Shown in pieces: positions 34,481 to 47,476 of a stretch of 64,000 nucleotides of DNA. Made by a program: the position numbers and the translations under genes. Under the pieces are notes generated by a model that made no database searches, was not told the origin of the DNA, and worked only from the letters and a program-made list of their open reading frames with translations. Origin of the DNA: a virus (taxonomy: Duplodnaviria > Caudoviricetes); the IMG/VR virus record IMGVR_UViG_3300001487_000119, positions 64,001 through 128,000 of that record; one strand, given 5' to 3'. Every line of letters begins with the position of its first letter. Position 1 is the stretch's first letter.

Positions 34481-34774
34481 TTAATGACGATATGGTTGTG
34501 GTACAAGTTGATCATCATATAATTTATATAATATACCAGCTAAAAGCTGCCTATATTTATCAGTATATGTTAAATGTTGTTCTTCTGCAACTTCTTCAGC
34601 TATATCATAAAGCCAATCTACAAATTGATCATCATCTATTTCTTCTGTTATTAAATAAAATTCAGAAGGAAAATAACTTTTTTGCTCAGCATATTCATTT
34701 AAAGACTTTTTAACTTCTTTAGCTACAGAAGTCATAATGTTTTCATATAAAGCTTTTTTATTATCTTTTTTCAT
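34481..34774 (-). CDS. Leader-A family protein
   Basis: MKKDNKKALYENIMTSVAKEVKKSLNE. Confidence 0.78.
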   Translation of the reverse strand: MKKDNKKALYENIMTSVAKEVKKSLNEYAEQKSYFPSEFYLITEEIDDDQFVDWLYDIAEEVAEEQHLTYTDKYRQLLAGILYKLYDDQLVPQPYRH

Positions 34775-34806
34775 ATTCATATGTTTAATTGTTTTTTATT
34801 ATTTAT

Positions 34807-36042
34807 TTATACTAATTCAATTTCATTATATTCAATTTCTTTTAGAAAATCTTTAGGCATTATACTATAATCAGAATTATCTATTACAGCATAAATTAAT
34901 TTATATTTTCTATAATCAAGATACATACTATAAAACGCTACTAAATATTCACCAGTTTCATTTGATACTACAACATACGGTTTTGTATCATTGTATTTTA
35001 ATTCATCATAAATTAAATTAGAGCCGTGATAATAATCTTCAATATAATATTGATGTGATAAAGTAACCCATATAAATGATTTAAAATTACTGGTTACTTC
35101 ATTATATGGCATATATTTTCTTAAAAAATTATTTGCTTCAGATGCCCGCCATTGAATACGTGTTCCAAAATGTAAATCATCGCCTGCTAATGTTTCATAT
35201 ACATATGCGACATGATTATTAATTGATGTAATATCTAAAATTTTTGGAAAATCTATATCAAACCGTTTACAAATATTTTTAGTTAAATATCTTTTGAATT
35301 TTAATTGTTTACTTCTTACTGTATTAACTTCATCAATATCAAGCCCGTTATCGCTTACAATATTTTCAGTACTGAAAATTTCAACATGAGAATACCATTT
35401 ACCATTTTTTGGAAGTTCATAAATAATAACATTAAATGCATTATCCGGTGAAATTGAAACCTAATCAACAATAAAATAATCTAAATTTTTAAGTTCCGGA
35501 TGAAAATGTATAAAATTCTGGAAAATATCTATTAATTCATTATCACGTCCTTTTAAATCATATTTAAACTAATCATATAATTTTTCTATATCATTTGCAT
35601 CTGATGTGTATTTATAATTTGGAAATAATTTATTTTTATAATATACAAAAAATGCATTAAATGCTGACCAGTTTGTTATATTAAACCAACCTTTTGAATT
35701 ATAAAAATAACCTCCGATTTTATCCTTGACTTTATCACCCATTGTTTGATTTAAACTAACTAAATACGGCCAATCACTATTATTACTGGTAACTTTATAG
35801 TTAACAAAACCAAAATCTTTGAATATTGATTTATCTTTTCCAGGAAGTCGTTTTAATAATTCATATATAAATGATTTCTATGTTATTTGTTGATTTGCAA
35901 ATGTTTTTTGAATATCGCCTTTAGTTGTTCCTTTAACTTTACTATTAGTCTGTCCTTGAAGCACATCATCATCAAAATCATCTAATGCAAATGAAATTGC
36001 TTCACTAATACTTTTTAATATTTTATTTGTTAATTTTTTCAA
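34807..36042 (-). CDS. Divergent leader-B protein with unrelated cargo (TTG start, 3 TAG)
   Basis: KKLTNKILKSISEAISFALDDFDDDVLQGQTNSKVK; open apart from TAG down to the 34807 ORF. Confidence 0.7.
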
Positions 36043-36143
36043 AATATAATTAGAAATTATTTTTATATTTATTTAGATTTAACAAATAAACAAATGAATA
36101 AAAAATAATTATAATATTAAAATAAAAATATATTTTTAAGTAT

Positions 36144-37415
36144 ATGGCAAAAAAGAAAGAAGTATTAAGTGAAGGAACCGGTTTACCAAGTGTATTTGAT
36201 TTAGTAAAGAAAGTAGATGATAGTGTAGAAATTATTGCAGAATCTGCCTATTCAAATATACAATCTTGGATTCCAACAGGCAGTTATATTTTAAATGCCG
36301 CAATGTCCGGTGATTTATTTAAAGGAATTCCATCTGGCCGTGTTATAACATTTGAAGGTGATTCTGGTGTTGGTAAATCATTTTTAGCATGTTCTATTTG
36401 TAGAGAAGCTCAAAAGATGGGGTATACTCCAATTTATATGGATTCAGAAGGAAGTATTGATTCTAATTTTGTATCTCGTCTTGGTGTGGATCCAAATAAT
36501 CTTATTATTAAACAAGTTTCTACTATTGCAGAAACATCACAATTTATTGCAAATGTTTGTGCACAGCTTCAAGAACAAGAAGATAAATATGGAGAGCATC
36601 AAAAAGTTATTATGGTTCTTGATTCTCTTGGAAACTTGACATCAGATAAAGAACGTGATGATATTATGGCAGGCGCAAATAAGCGTGATATGACAAAGGC
36701 TCAAGAAATTAAAGCATTGTTTAGAGTAAATGCAACACCGCTTGCTAGACTTCAAATTCCAATGATTGTTAATAATCATGTTTATGCAGCAGTTGGTGCA
36801 TATGTTCCAACATCAATTGGTAGCGGTGGTTCTGGAATTAAATATAATTCATCATTAACTATTCAATTATCAGCTGCAAAACTTGATGATAAAGATAATG
36901 AAGCAGCTGCGGCTAAAAAACAAGGTGCTGATACAACAGCAAAAAATGGAGTTTTAGTAACAGCAAAAACAGTTAAATCAAGATTCTGTCGTCCTTATAA
37001 AGTTAAATTTCAAATTCCATTTTTCAAAAAACCTAATCCGTTTGTTGGTTTGGAAGCCTTTATGAATTGGGAAAATTCTGGAATTGTTCGTGGAAATCTT
37101 ATTACAGAAAAAGATTATAATAAACTTTCTCCGGCAGATCAAGCAAAAATTTATGTATTTGAATTTAATGGTGAAACTTTATATTGTCAACCAAAGGATA
37201 CAGCTCGAGGAATTGTTTGTCGTCACTTAGGTACTGTAGTTCCAATTGCAGAATTCTTTACTGAAAAAGTTTTCACACAAGAATTTTTGGAATACTTAAA
37301 TAAAAATGTGATTCACCCGATGTTTGATTTGCCAGACCAATCTTCATTTGATGATATTAAAGAAATTGAAGATTTAATTGAAACCGGAACAGAAACACCA
37401 GAAACAGAAAATTAA
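36144..37415 (+). CDS. uvsX: RecA/UvsX recombinase
   Basis: IPTGSYILN, GDSGVGKS, MDSE, VLDSLG, NHVY, SGGSG. Confidence 0.92.
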   Translation: MAKKKEVLSEGTGLPSVFDLVKKVDDSVEIIAESAYSNIQSWIPTGSYILNAAMSGDLFKGIPSGRVITFEGDSGVGKSFLACSICREAQKMGYTPIYMDSEGSIDSNFVSRLGVDPNNLIIKQVSTIAETSQFIANVCAQLQEQEDKYGEHQKVIMVLDSLGNLTSDKERDDIMAGANKRDMTKAQEIKALFRVNATPLARLQIPMIVNNHVYAAVGAYVPTSIGSGGSGIKYNSSLTIQLSAAKLDDKDNEAAAAKKQGADTTAKNGVLVTAKTVKSRFCRPYKVKFQIPFFKKPNPFVGLEAFMNWENSGIVRGNLITEKDYNKLSPADQAKIYVFEFNGETLYCQPKDTARGIVCRHLGTVVPIAEFFTEKVFTQEFLEYLNKNVIHPMFDLPDQSSFDDIKEIEDLIETGTETPETEN

Positions 37416-37489
37416 TTTTTGTATTTTTATATTTTATATGTGAGAAGACACTAATTAAAGTGTCTTCTCTTTTTAATAAATATATTGAT

Positions 37490-38173
37490 ATGAAAAACTA
37501 TAATAAAATATTAGAAGCCGTTAATCGCGGTATTAAATTTGCTTTAGATGACTTTGATAATGAAGAACCTCAAGGACAAGTTAATACTAAAGTTAATAAT
37601 ACCAGTAATATTAAAGAATATGTAAATTGGTTAAATTTAGTTGATAAAGTTAATGAATATGATATTACTAAAGAAGATGTTGCAGAATTAATGAAACTTA
37701 GCCAATTATTAAATTTGAAATTTAAAGCAGATAATGATACATTAAAAGCAATTGTTTATTATATATGTGGAATTAATCCTCGAGCTGATTTAAATTGGAT
37801 AGATACTAGCAGTATAACAGATATGTCATTATTATTTCATTAGACTAAATTTAATGGAGATATTTCTGAATGGGATGTTTCTAATGTTAAGACAATGCTA
37901 GAAATGTTTGAATCTACACCATTCAATGGCAATATATCTAAATGGAATGTTTCTAATGTAAAAAATATGGCATGGATGTTTGCCCATTCTAATTTTAATA
38001 AACCTATAGGAAATTGGGATGTTTCTAATGTAGAAACTATAGAATATATGTTTTATGATGCTAAAAAATTTAATAAAGATATTTCTAAGTGGGATATAAA
38101 CACATACGATACTGATTATATGTTTTCTGGATGTCCAATAAAAAAAGAATTTAAACCTGTATTTCCATGGTAA
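37490..38173 (+). CDS. Leader-B + DUF285/BspA-like repeat protein (1 TAG)
   Basis: Leader B, then ADLNWIDTSSITDMS, FNGDISEWDVSNV repeats. Confidence 0.82.
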
Positions 38174-38892
38174 AAAATTATAATAAAATATTAGAAGCAG
38201 TTAATCGTGGTATTAAATTTGCATTAGATGATTTTGAAGATCAGGATGATATTCAAGGTCAAACCAATAGTAAAGTTAAATATCAAGGCGGAATAAATGA
38301 ATATCTAGATTTAATGAAAATTGTAGTTGATTTAGGTCTTCCATCCGGTAATTTATGGTGTAAATATAATCTTGGCTGTAATTATGAAAAATTAAATAAT
38401 GACTCAGAAAATACTATACCGGATATGTGGTATGGAGATTATTATGCATGGGGACAAACAAAACCAAATAGTCTTGAAGAATATGATAAAGCATTTAGTG
38501 CAAATATATTAACACATGATATTGATCCGTCATATCAAAATATGCATTTTAAAGATTTTAAATTTTTTACACCTTCTGTTAAAGATTTCCAAGAATTATT
38601 ACAAAATACTATTCAAAAAAATGTACAAAATTATAAAATTAATTATTTAAACGGTATAGAATTAACTAGTAAAATTAATGGAAATAAATTATTTTTACCG
38701 AATAATGGTTTACATTATAGTGATGATGATATACCGGTTAAATCAATGCTTGTCGGCAGTCTTTCTTATTGTTGGACAGCAACTGCAAATAAATCAAATG
38801 CAAGCGATGCTATAGTATATGCTAAATCATTTGGTGATTAGGATAAAAGTTTTTTATGCGGTATACGACCTGTATTAAATTTAAATAGATAA
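38167..38892 (+). CDS. Leader-B + VDLGLPSG domain protein (1 TAG)
   Basis: Conserved C-terminal GIRPVLN lies after TAG 38839. Confidence 0.8.
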
Positions 38893-39662
38893 TGATGAAA
38901 AATTTAGAAGAAATATTAAAGAAATTAAATGAGAATAAATTAGCGTTTGCATTAGATGACTTTGATGATAATGAAGAAATTCAAGGTCAAATTAATAGTA
39001 AAGTTAAAAATAACAGTAATATTATTAATTATTTAAAATCTGAATTTTTTAAAGAAATAGTTAATAAACTTGATAAATCAACTTTTTATACAAAATTATT
39101 ATCAGCATAGCAAAATATTACAATTAGTGATTTATCTAATTTTAATATTCCAGATGACGATAAAAAAATTATTATATCTTATTTAAAAGAATATATTTTT
39201 AACGGAACAAATACCGATGTTGTCGATATGTTACTTCCGTCGGGAACTTGGTGGGGAACATATAATCTCGGTGCTAATTCAACGGATGAATATGGTATTG
39301 CATATGAACTGGATTTAAATAAAGATATTGCATATGAAGAAACAAAAATATTCAAAACACCGACATTAGATCAATTTAATGAATTATTTGAAAATACTGA
39401 TCATATTAAAATAAATGATGGTTTTGTTTTTGCATCAAAAGAAAATCCATTGCATTTTATATTCTTTAATAAAAATGATGATTATAAAATATATATGATT
39501 TCTGGTACATATGATGATAATACATTTCTTGGTATGAAACTATTTAAATTTGATGATTTCTATTGCAAGCCATTATCATTTAAATTATTAAATAATAAAG
39601 TGCCGCCAACAATATATATGAAAATTCGTCCGGTATATAATAAAAATGAGATTCAAATTTAA
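38892..39662 (+). CDS. Divergent leader-B + degenerate VDLGLPSG domain (1 TAG)
   Basis: FALDDFDD..QGQINSKVK ... VDMLLPSGTWWGTYNLGA ... KIRPV. Confidence 0.75.
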
Positions 39663-39678
39663 TGAATCTCATTTTTAA

Positions 39679-40146
39679 TTAAAGTGAATAAGTGTTAATT
39701 CTCTGTTGTCTTGCCCAATCATCCGGAATAAACAACTTTGTATGTCTTGCATCATTATAGAATGTATAAGAATTTTTAAGAGATTTACAATACCTACGAA
39801 CAATCCCGTAACCAACTAGATAAACACTATTATTACTATTGTCATAGAACGCATAGTAATTAACCTCATTTTCTAGCACAGCAGAAACCAGATAATTATG
39901 ATTGCGCGGATTATGAGCAGCAAAATAAAATGTTACTGTTTCTTTTCCATTATTTGCAATAATATAATTACCCGTAGATCGAGTCTCATAACCATTCCTC
40001 CTTAATACATCACAGAAACGACGACGGTAGGAAGTAAATGGTGTATCAGTAGAACTAAGTCCTGGATGTGTATGTCGAACACTCACATTAGTTGTATTCT
40101 TTACACCTTCTCCAATTAGTTTGTTAACTTGTTTTAAACCTTCCAT
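39679..40146 (-). CDS. Hypothetical protein
   Basis: MEGLKQV..., starting 2 nt after the read-through stop of the upstream gene. Confidence 0.6.
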   Translation of the reverse strand: MEGLKQVNKLIGEGVKNTTNVSVRHTHPGLSSTDTPFTSYRRRFCDVLRRNGYETRSTGNYIIANNGKETVTFYFAAHNPRNHNYLVSAVLENEVNYYAFYDNSNNSVYLVGYGIVRRYCKSLKNSYTFYNDARHTKLFIPDDWARQQRINTYSL

Positions 40147-40147
40147 A

Positions 40148-40675
40148 TTAAAGTTCTCTTTCAGTAAAATTTGCAAATTGTGTTAATTTATAATTTTTTG
40201 GTTTTCCTTTAACCACTTCTTCAGGCATTTCTTCTTCAGGTTGCAATTCTGTTACCTATGCTTTTGCATTAACATTATCTATAGTAGTATCAACATCATC
40301 ACTTTGACAACCGTTCATAAGCTCGCGAAGCTCCTCATCAACACCAGCAAGATAGATGTGTTTCAAGCCCTCACTCTTATCAAGGCGATTCATCTCTTCC
40401 TCATACATACGAGTCAGCTCTTTACGTTGATAATTGATAATCTCAAGATCTGACAAAAGCTCCTTACGGCGTGCCTTATTAAATGCAATTGCACGGCCGA
40501 TTTGTTGATCATACTGATCTACCTCATGACAACGTGTCTTTGCAATAAAACGGCGTCCATACCAACGATCATAAAGTGTACATACTGTTACACCATTCTT
40601 CTCGTCATCATGAAATTTAACTGTGTTTGACATGTCCTGCTGCTCAGGACTCATTTTCGTAAAATTACTTTTCAT
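40148..40675 (-). CDS. Hypothetical phage protein (1 TAG)
   Basis: TRCHEVDQYDQQIGRAIAFNKA; read-through at 40256 gives tight packing with the next gene. Confidence 0.6.
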
Positions 40676-40928
40676 TTTTCTTTTAGTTTTAATTTTTAGT
40701 TTAACATTAAATATTCAGATTTTCGGTCATCTGAACTTTAATTATTATAAATCAAAAAATTAAAAAGTTTATAAAAAGCTCAAAAATATTGGATTGCAAA
40801 GTATATTTTGCAAAACAATAATAATTAAAACCAAATAATAAAATAATGGTAAAATATGTTATAAAACATAAAAAATGAAGATAAATAAAAAAATTGTGAT
40901 ATTTAGAACATTATTTTAACTGAAAACT

Positions 40929-41594
40929 ATGAAAAGATATTTATTATACATATTATTAATAATTAATTCTATTTGTTATGGACAAATATATAGTACTGGC
41001 AATAGAATGTATGGGACTATGAGTACTCCATCATATGATAATTATAAAAATATTAATGGCGGTAGTAATATTGGTTATTCCAGTCTAAATATTGGATATT
41101 CAACAAGCAAATATGGAATGACAAATACTTATAATATGTACAAACGTCAATATAATAATGTATATAGTGGAACATACAATCCTGGAAGCAGTAGTAGATC
41201 AGGCCAACCACGAAGAGTAAAAGGATATACTATAGATGGAGATTCTATTAATACAGATGGAATGGGTAATCCATCAGATCCATTAAAAGGTATGTGGTTA
41301 GATGGTTATAATTATTATTATGAAGATAATTATTGGTATAGAGGTCATTATGATAAACGTGGAAATTATATATATGAAAAATGGAGTTCGGTATTTGATG
41401 CTGACTGGTTATTCTGGAATTGGTATAGCGGAAGAAATCCAGGAGATGATGCTATTCAATATTATCAAAATAATCCAAAACCGCATCCATATGATCCATA
41501 TGCAGATCCAATAGGAGAATTCCCAATAGGATTATTATTGATTTTATCATTTTTATTTGTATATTATAAAAAACTTAAAAATAAAACTAATTGA
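40929..41594 (+). CDS. Secreted protein with C-terminal PIG/PID-CTERM-like sorting signal
   Basis: Signal peptide MKRYLLYILLIINSICYG; C-terminus DPIGEFPIGLLLILSFLFVYYKKLK. Confidence 0.55.
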   Translation: MKRYLLYILLIINSICYGQIYSTGNRMYGTMSTPSYDNYKNINGGSNIGYSSLNIGYSTSKYGMTNTYNMYKRQYNNVYSGTYNPGSSSRSGQPRRVKGYTIDGDSINTDGMGNPSDPLKGMWLDGYNYYYEDNYWYRGHYDKRGNYIYEKWSSVFDADWLFWNWYSGRNPGDDAIQYYQNNPKPHPYDPYADPIGEFPIGLLLILSFLFVYYKKLKNKTN

Positions 41595-41597
41595 ATT

Positions 41598-42230
41598 ATG
41601 AAAAAACTTTTAATTTCTTTAATTTGTATTTTATTTGCTAATTTTAGTATGGCAAATATTAATAAAAATGTTGCTGACACAATTCGTTTTGTAGATGTTG
41701 TTGAAATTAACAATGGAGAATTTGGAGTTGTATGGACAACAGATTCTGTAAAATGCGATGCATATAAAGTAGATATGGTTTTATTTGATACTGCTACTTA
41801 TACCGGTGCATTTTTTGCAACTGTTGCAACATATGCAGAAAATTATGTAATTTCAAATTCTAGCTATTATGGTGTGACAACAAGTAATATTTTAAAATAC
41901 GGTGATAATTACCAAACAATCGGTGCAAAAGGTGCAAGCCAAGAAGTTATTGATGCATGGGAAACTGCATGGAATAATTCGGTAAATGAAAACGGTGAAA
42001 CATTAAAACCTGGATATTATATTATTCAAGTTACCGGAATTGATTCTATGTTTAATGTAATAACAGCTGCTAATTATATTATGGTAAATGTTAAAAATGT
42101 AACAACAGATATTAATTCTGTCTTTTTTAATAAAAAGGCTAATGGAAAATATATGGATCCAATAACAAATACTTTATATATTATTCGTGATAATAAAAAA
42201 TATGATACTCAAGGAAATCGTATTAATTAA
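41598..42230 (+). CDS. Secreted protein with T9SS-like C-terminal domain
   Basis: Signal peptide; C-terminus TTDINSV...GKY....LYIIRDNKKYDTQGNRIN. Confidence 0.6.
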   Translation: MKKLLISLICILFANFSMANINKNVADTIRFVDVVEINNGEFGVVWTTDSVKCDAYKVDMVLFDTATYTGAFFATVATYAENYVISNSSYYGVTTSNILKYGDNYQTIGAKGASQEVIDAWETAWNNSVNENGETLKPGYYIIQVTGIDSMFNVITAANYIMVNVKNVTTDINSVFFNKKANGKYMDPITNTLYIIRDNKKYDTQGNRIN

Positions 42231-42373
42231 AAATAAATAATAAAAGAACTATGAAATTGTAATGTATACTTTACATTTTTAAATATTTTAAGGGGGTTTA
42301 TATCAGAAAATGATATAAACTCCTTTTACTTTATATAATGTGAAAAAACAAAAATATAAAACTATATACAAAA

Positions 42374-45300
42374 ATGAAAAAAATTCTTCTCTTTTTATCT
42401 TTTCTCTTAATGAGTATTGGAATGTGGGGCGCCACTGAAACAGCGACTTTTACACCATCTAACTTCACAGGACAAGGCACAAGCGGAACAGGTTCTGCGA
42501 TTAGTGCAACAGTAGACGGAGTTACATTTTCATGTGATAAAGGTTATGGGGCCGCTCAGATAAGGTGTTATAGCGGGAGTAAAATCACAATTTCTTCTAC
42601 GAATACGATAACGGCAATTTTCTTTACTTTCAGTGACTCACGTACGGGTGGGTTGGAGACATTATATACAAGTTTAAGTACTACATCATGGTAGAAAACT
42701 CTTTCATCTCAAGCAAGAATAACAGAATTGATTGTGACATATTTAGATTCTTCACCAACTATATATACTGTCTCATTTAATAATGCAATTGGTGAAAATC
42801 CATCGCCAATAAAACAACCAAATTACATGATAGGGATCGAACTACCCATACCTACATTTAATTCTGCATGTGAAAATGATGGATGGGTATTTGCAGGATG
42901 GAGTGAAAGCAACTCAGATTATTCATCTCTAAAAACTGGTACATATATGCCAGAAAAAGATACAACTTTATATGCTGTTTATAAAAAGAGTGAAGGAGAA
43001 AATAAATGGGTAAAACTTACAAGTGATACTCTGTTATCTAATGGTATGAAAGTCGTTATTGTTGCACCAGAATGTAATATGGCATTATACCATGAGACTA
43101 TTTCATCTAGTTATTGCAAATATTGGAACTTTAATATAAACAATATTGATAATGATATAAAAAATTATCTTACAATATTTAATTCAGAAATAAATGGAGA
43201 ATGGTATTTTGGAGATAATACAAATGGTTGGTTATATAATTCAAGCAGTAATAATTTAAAATTCGATGAAACATACAAAAGTAGTTGGGATTTAGAATAC
43301 ACTAATAATAAATTTTCAATAACAACAAATTCTAAATGTTTATCATGTAGAACAGATTTAAATGGTGATAATCAATATAAATTTAGAATGGGAGGCAATG
43401 CATGTAATGTTGGTGAACATGAGTTTGATATATATGCAAAAATTCGATCAATATCATATTCATTTAATCCATCATGTTGTGAGAATATTATTACAATAAA
43501 CAAATTTCCAACAGAAATCGGTTCATTTGATTTAAGCACAAATACTGTATGTGGTGATGGTGATGGTGGAGAAGTTGAAATTATAAATATAGTTCCAGAT
43601 GATGGTTATATGCTAGATACTATTTTTGCAGTTGATACTGTAAATATGAGTATTGTTGGTACAACAAATATGGCTGAACATAAAATTACTGGAATTAAAA
43701 CCAATTGTGTGGTAGTTGTAGTATTTACACCACTTCCACCAGAACCAGAAATAGAAATTGTTGAGTGGAATCCAGATTATATAAAAGTGGGTATTGATAA
43801 TTTTGATGCAGTAACCGCGGTTATTGAAAATAAGAATACACAAGAGGTACATGAAAATAATGTTGCAACAGAATTGTTTTTTAGTAAATATTTTGAAGCT
43901 GAGACAACAATTAAGATGCTAGGAATTTATAATGGGAAGCAAGACTCATTAAATTTATCTGATTATACAATAAAGGCCGGGGATGGTACTAAAGGGACAT
44001 CTTGGGAAAAGATATATGATTTATCAAATTTGGGTTGGATTCATTCTGGAGAAGAAATAATATTATATTCATACTCTGATGATGCAAACACAACTACCGT
44101 CATTAATTGTATTAATAGTCATGGTGCTGGTTTTAGTAAATATATACGAGTTAAAACAGGTGGAATTGTTAATGGTTCACTAACATTTAATGGAGATGAT
44201 GCTATTGGATTGTTTAAAAATGATAAACTAATCGATATAATTGGTGCCGGAACTTCTGATGCAATCTGCGTTACCGGATTAAAGGGAAAAACAAATGGTA
44301 AAGATAAAGACACAATAATGTACAATACACACCATATTGATAATTATTGCTGGATAACAGATACAGCCGATAACACTAATGGTTATAGCAATGTTATTGC
44401 TACCGATTTATGCCTTCTTATTAGAAAATCAAATGTTCATTCAGGAGATAGTGCAGTTAAGTATAATACAACAGATTTTGTTACATTGGGTAGAGAATGG
44501 TTTGGAAAATTAGTTTCTAAAAAAGATTCATCAACATGTAAAAATTTTGATTATGTTGGTACATTCAATTACAATGAACATTACTCACAATATACTCAAG
44601 TTGGTGATAAAATTTTATTAGCTAAAATTGATTCTGATGGTTCATATAAAATATCAATTCCTGATTTGGACACCTTATCGTGTACATATTTAAAAGTCAT
44701 AGTTAATGATGATTCTAATAATTCAGAAGAGTGTGAATATAAAATTCCTATATTTGTGACAGAAAATACAAATTCCAATTCATTAATCTCTCAAGAAGGT
44801 GATGATTGTCCAGAATGTGATGTTGTTATTATTAAAGGCGGTAAATTAACAGTTAATTCTAATTTAACAAACAGAGATGTAACAGTATATCCAGGTGGAG
44901 TTTTAATTATTCCATCAGATCAAACTTATAAAGTTAATTCTTTAACACTTCGTCGAGATAATGATTCTATTCCATATTTTTCATATAAAGGAACATTAAA
45001 TACTAAAAAATTTAATATTGATTTAAGAACTGATGCAGAAGATTGGAGATGGATGACATTACCGTTTACAATTCATACTGACAGTATTAAATTATCTAAT
45101 GGGAAACCAATTAATTTGAATAATAATGTTTGGATTTCATATTATGATGGAAAACACCGTTCAATATATCAAAAAAATGCATGGAAAGATATTTATAAAG
45201 ATACAGTATTTAATGCAGGTGAAGGATTTTTATTTGGTGTTGATCTCCCAGGAAAATCTAAGAAAATTTACAGATTCCCATTTAATAAAGATTCTATTGA

Positions 45301-46222
45301 ACATGAAAAATCAGATAAAATTATTAGAAACCTATATGCATGGGGAGGAAATAATGAAAATCTAGCACCTAATCATAAAGGATGGAATCTAATTGGAAAC
45401 CCATTTATGGATGCTGATACTACAGATATTATAAAACCAATTAGAATTGGAAGATTGAAAAAAGATTCTGTTAATGGACAGTGGACTGGTGGTTGGGTAT
45501 CTGATACAATTGAAGATACACATGGTAAAAAATTGCGTTATGCTGTTATTCCTAATAAAAATGAAGAATTTGCAGATGCAGGATATTATGAATCAGTTGT
45601 TTTAGATGACTACATATTAAAACCATTAACTTCATTCTTTGTTCAAATTAGTGGAAATGAAAGTGATATGCAAACATTAACATTTGAATCAGAAAAAAGA
45701 ACAAATAGAATAGTTGCAAGAAGAACTCCAATTAATGAAAAAGATGAAGAATTATTCTTAAGAATCAAAATAGGGAACAAAAAAACTGGTTGCTTTATAT
45801 CTAATCATTTTAATAAAAACTACGAACCAGGGGATGATTTAGAGTCACGGTATACATATTATCAGTTAATTAATGGATATAAATTATTATATTCTGCAAT
45901 AAATGATTCTATTATTGAGAATGGAGTTCAAATCCACTCGCTTGGTGGAAAAGTAACATTAGATCCAAAAGTTGAAACTGAAAAATTTGAATAGATTTAT
46001 ATTCTTTATAATAATGAGTGGTATGATTTATTGCATGGTGATGAACCAGAAGTTTTAGGCGATTTTATATTATATGGAAAAAGAAAAATTCAAGAAGATA
46101 TTCCAACAGATATCGGTAATATAAAACCTGGCCAAGGAACATTTAAATTTATAAACAAAGATAATGTTTATATAAACAATAAAGGAAAGATTTATAATAT
46201 ATTTGGTTCACAAATAAAATAA
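42374..46222 (+). CDS. Large Bacteroidetes-type surface protein, 1282 aa, lamin-tail-like domain and T9SS-like CTD (2 TAG)
   Basis: Signal MKKILLFLSFLLMSIGMWG; ELFFSKYFE...FNGDDAIGL...IDIIG; GWNLIGNPF; C-terminus PTDIGNI...KFINKDNVYINNKGKIYNIFGSQIK. Confidence 0.7.
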
Positions 46223-46252
46223 AAAGGAGGAGATTAAATTCTCCTCTTTTTA

Positions 46253-47464
46253 TCACCATATATCATGTGAAACTCCTTTACGCCGTTCTTTATGAGTTAC
46301 TTTTCTAATGCATTGCAAATATTCAGGATTTAATTTTTTAATATCAAATTTAATATGTCCTTCTTTATATAATTCTATTTCCTTTGCATTATATTCTTTA
46401 GTTCCTTCTGGATACCAATTATCAGATGTGTATTTTTTATTAATTTTATTTAATTCTTCGCATGCATAATCGTCAGTTTTTTGATCTGCCAACCATGTTG
46501 TTTTCTCACAAATATTAAATACTACATATGGTTGACAAATATAACCACCTAATGTCACATCAAATACAACATCAAATTGTCTGACAATATCATGGAATTT
46601 TTCTTTTTCTTCATTTCCACGTCTGAATCCGTCTTCTGGCCAATTAGCTATCACAAAATCATTATTTCTCAAACTATTTGCAACTAACATATCATATAAT
46701 AGCCATTCATCCCAAATATCATCATTATGTGCTAAAATATCATAATCTGTTTTATCTTTACATCTTTCTGGATGCTTTTCTTTATATTCAGCAAGACATT
46801 TATCAATTATAGCTTTATTGCTTTCATTAATACGTGGAATTTCTTTTAGTTCTGATTCTCGGCACCATTTATTATGGTTTATTTTTACAGAAGCCTCTTC
46901 TGGAAACAAATCATCTGTTACCATATCTTCAATAATTGGCCAATCCTCGTATCTTTCACTTGGACAACTATCACAACAATCTTCACATCCCATTATAGAA
47001 TCTACAACTTGAGATTTATTTGAATTTGTAATTTCAACCTCAGGTTCTTCAACTTCAATAATAATCTTTTTCCAATTTTCTCCATCAAATATATATTCAT
47101 TCCCATTATATTCAACCATGGCTCCTTTATGGAATATAGTAAAGCCAATAACAGTTGGTCCAGCAGCTTTTTCTGGATCTGTTGTTGATTGTCCAATATA
47201 ATATATCATATCATTTAAATCTCCTGGCGCAGTTAAATCAATCTTAATCCATCTGGTCACCCCGTCCTCACACCGTACGTAACGATATTCTGCATCTTTA
47301 TATACGATATAATCACCTGGTTTAAAATCAGTATAATTCTCAATAGTAGGCCCGGTTTCACTAAGTGGATCGGTAGTTGACACACCTTTAAATATCCAAT
47401 CATTTAATGTCTTTATTTGATTATTCATTTCTTCATTAATCATTTGATTTCTATATGTACACAT
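46253..47464 (-). CDS. Hypothetical protein with two G.STTDP...GPT modules
   Basis: 403 aa ORF. Confidence 0.55.
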   Translation of the reverse strand: MCTYRNQMINEEMNNQIKTLNDWIFKGVSTTDPLSETGPTIENYTDFKPGDYIVYKDAEYRYVRCEDGVTRWIKIDLTAPGDLNDMIYYIGQSTTDPEKAAGPTVIGFTIFHKGAMVEYNGNEYIFDGENWKKIIIEVEEPEVEITNSNKSQVVDSIMGCEDCCDSCPSERYEDWPIIEDMVTDDLFPEEASVKINHNKWCRESELKEIPRINESNKAIIDKCLAEYKEKHPERCKDKTDYDILAHNDDIWDEWLLYDMLVANSLRNNDFVIANWPEDGFRRGNEEKEKFHDIVRQFDVVFDVTLGGYICQPYVVFNICEKTTWLADQKTDDYACEELNKINKKYTSDNWYPEGTKEYNAKEIELYKEGHIKFDIKKLNPEYLQCIRKVTHKERRKGVSHDIW

Positions 47465-47476
47465 AATTGTAATTTT

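Noticed and set aside
40929-46222. Host contamination or chimeric assembly
   Set aside because: The large gene uses in-frame TAG and AT-rich codons like the rest of the phage
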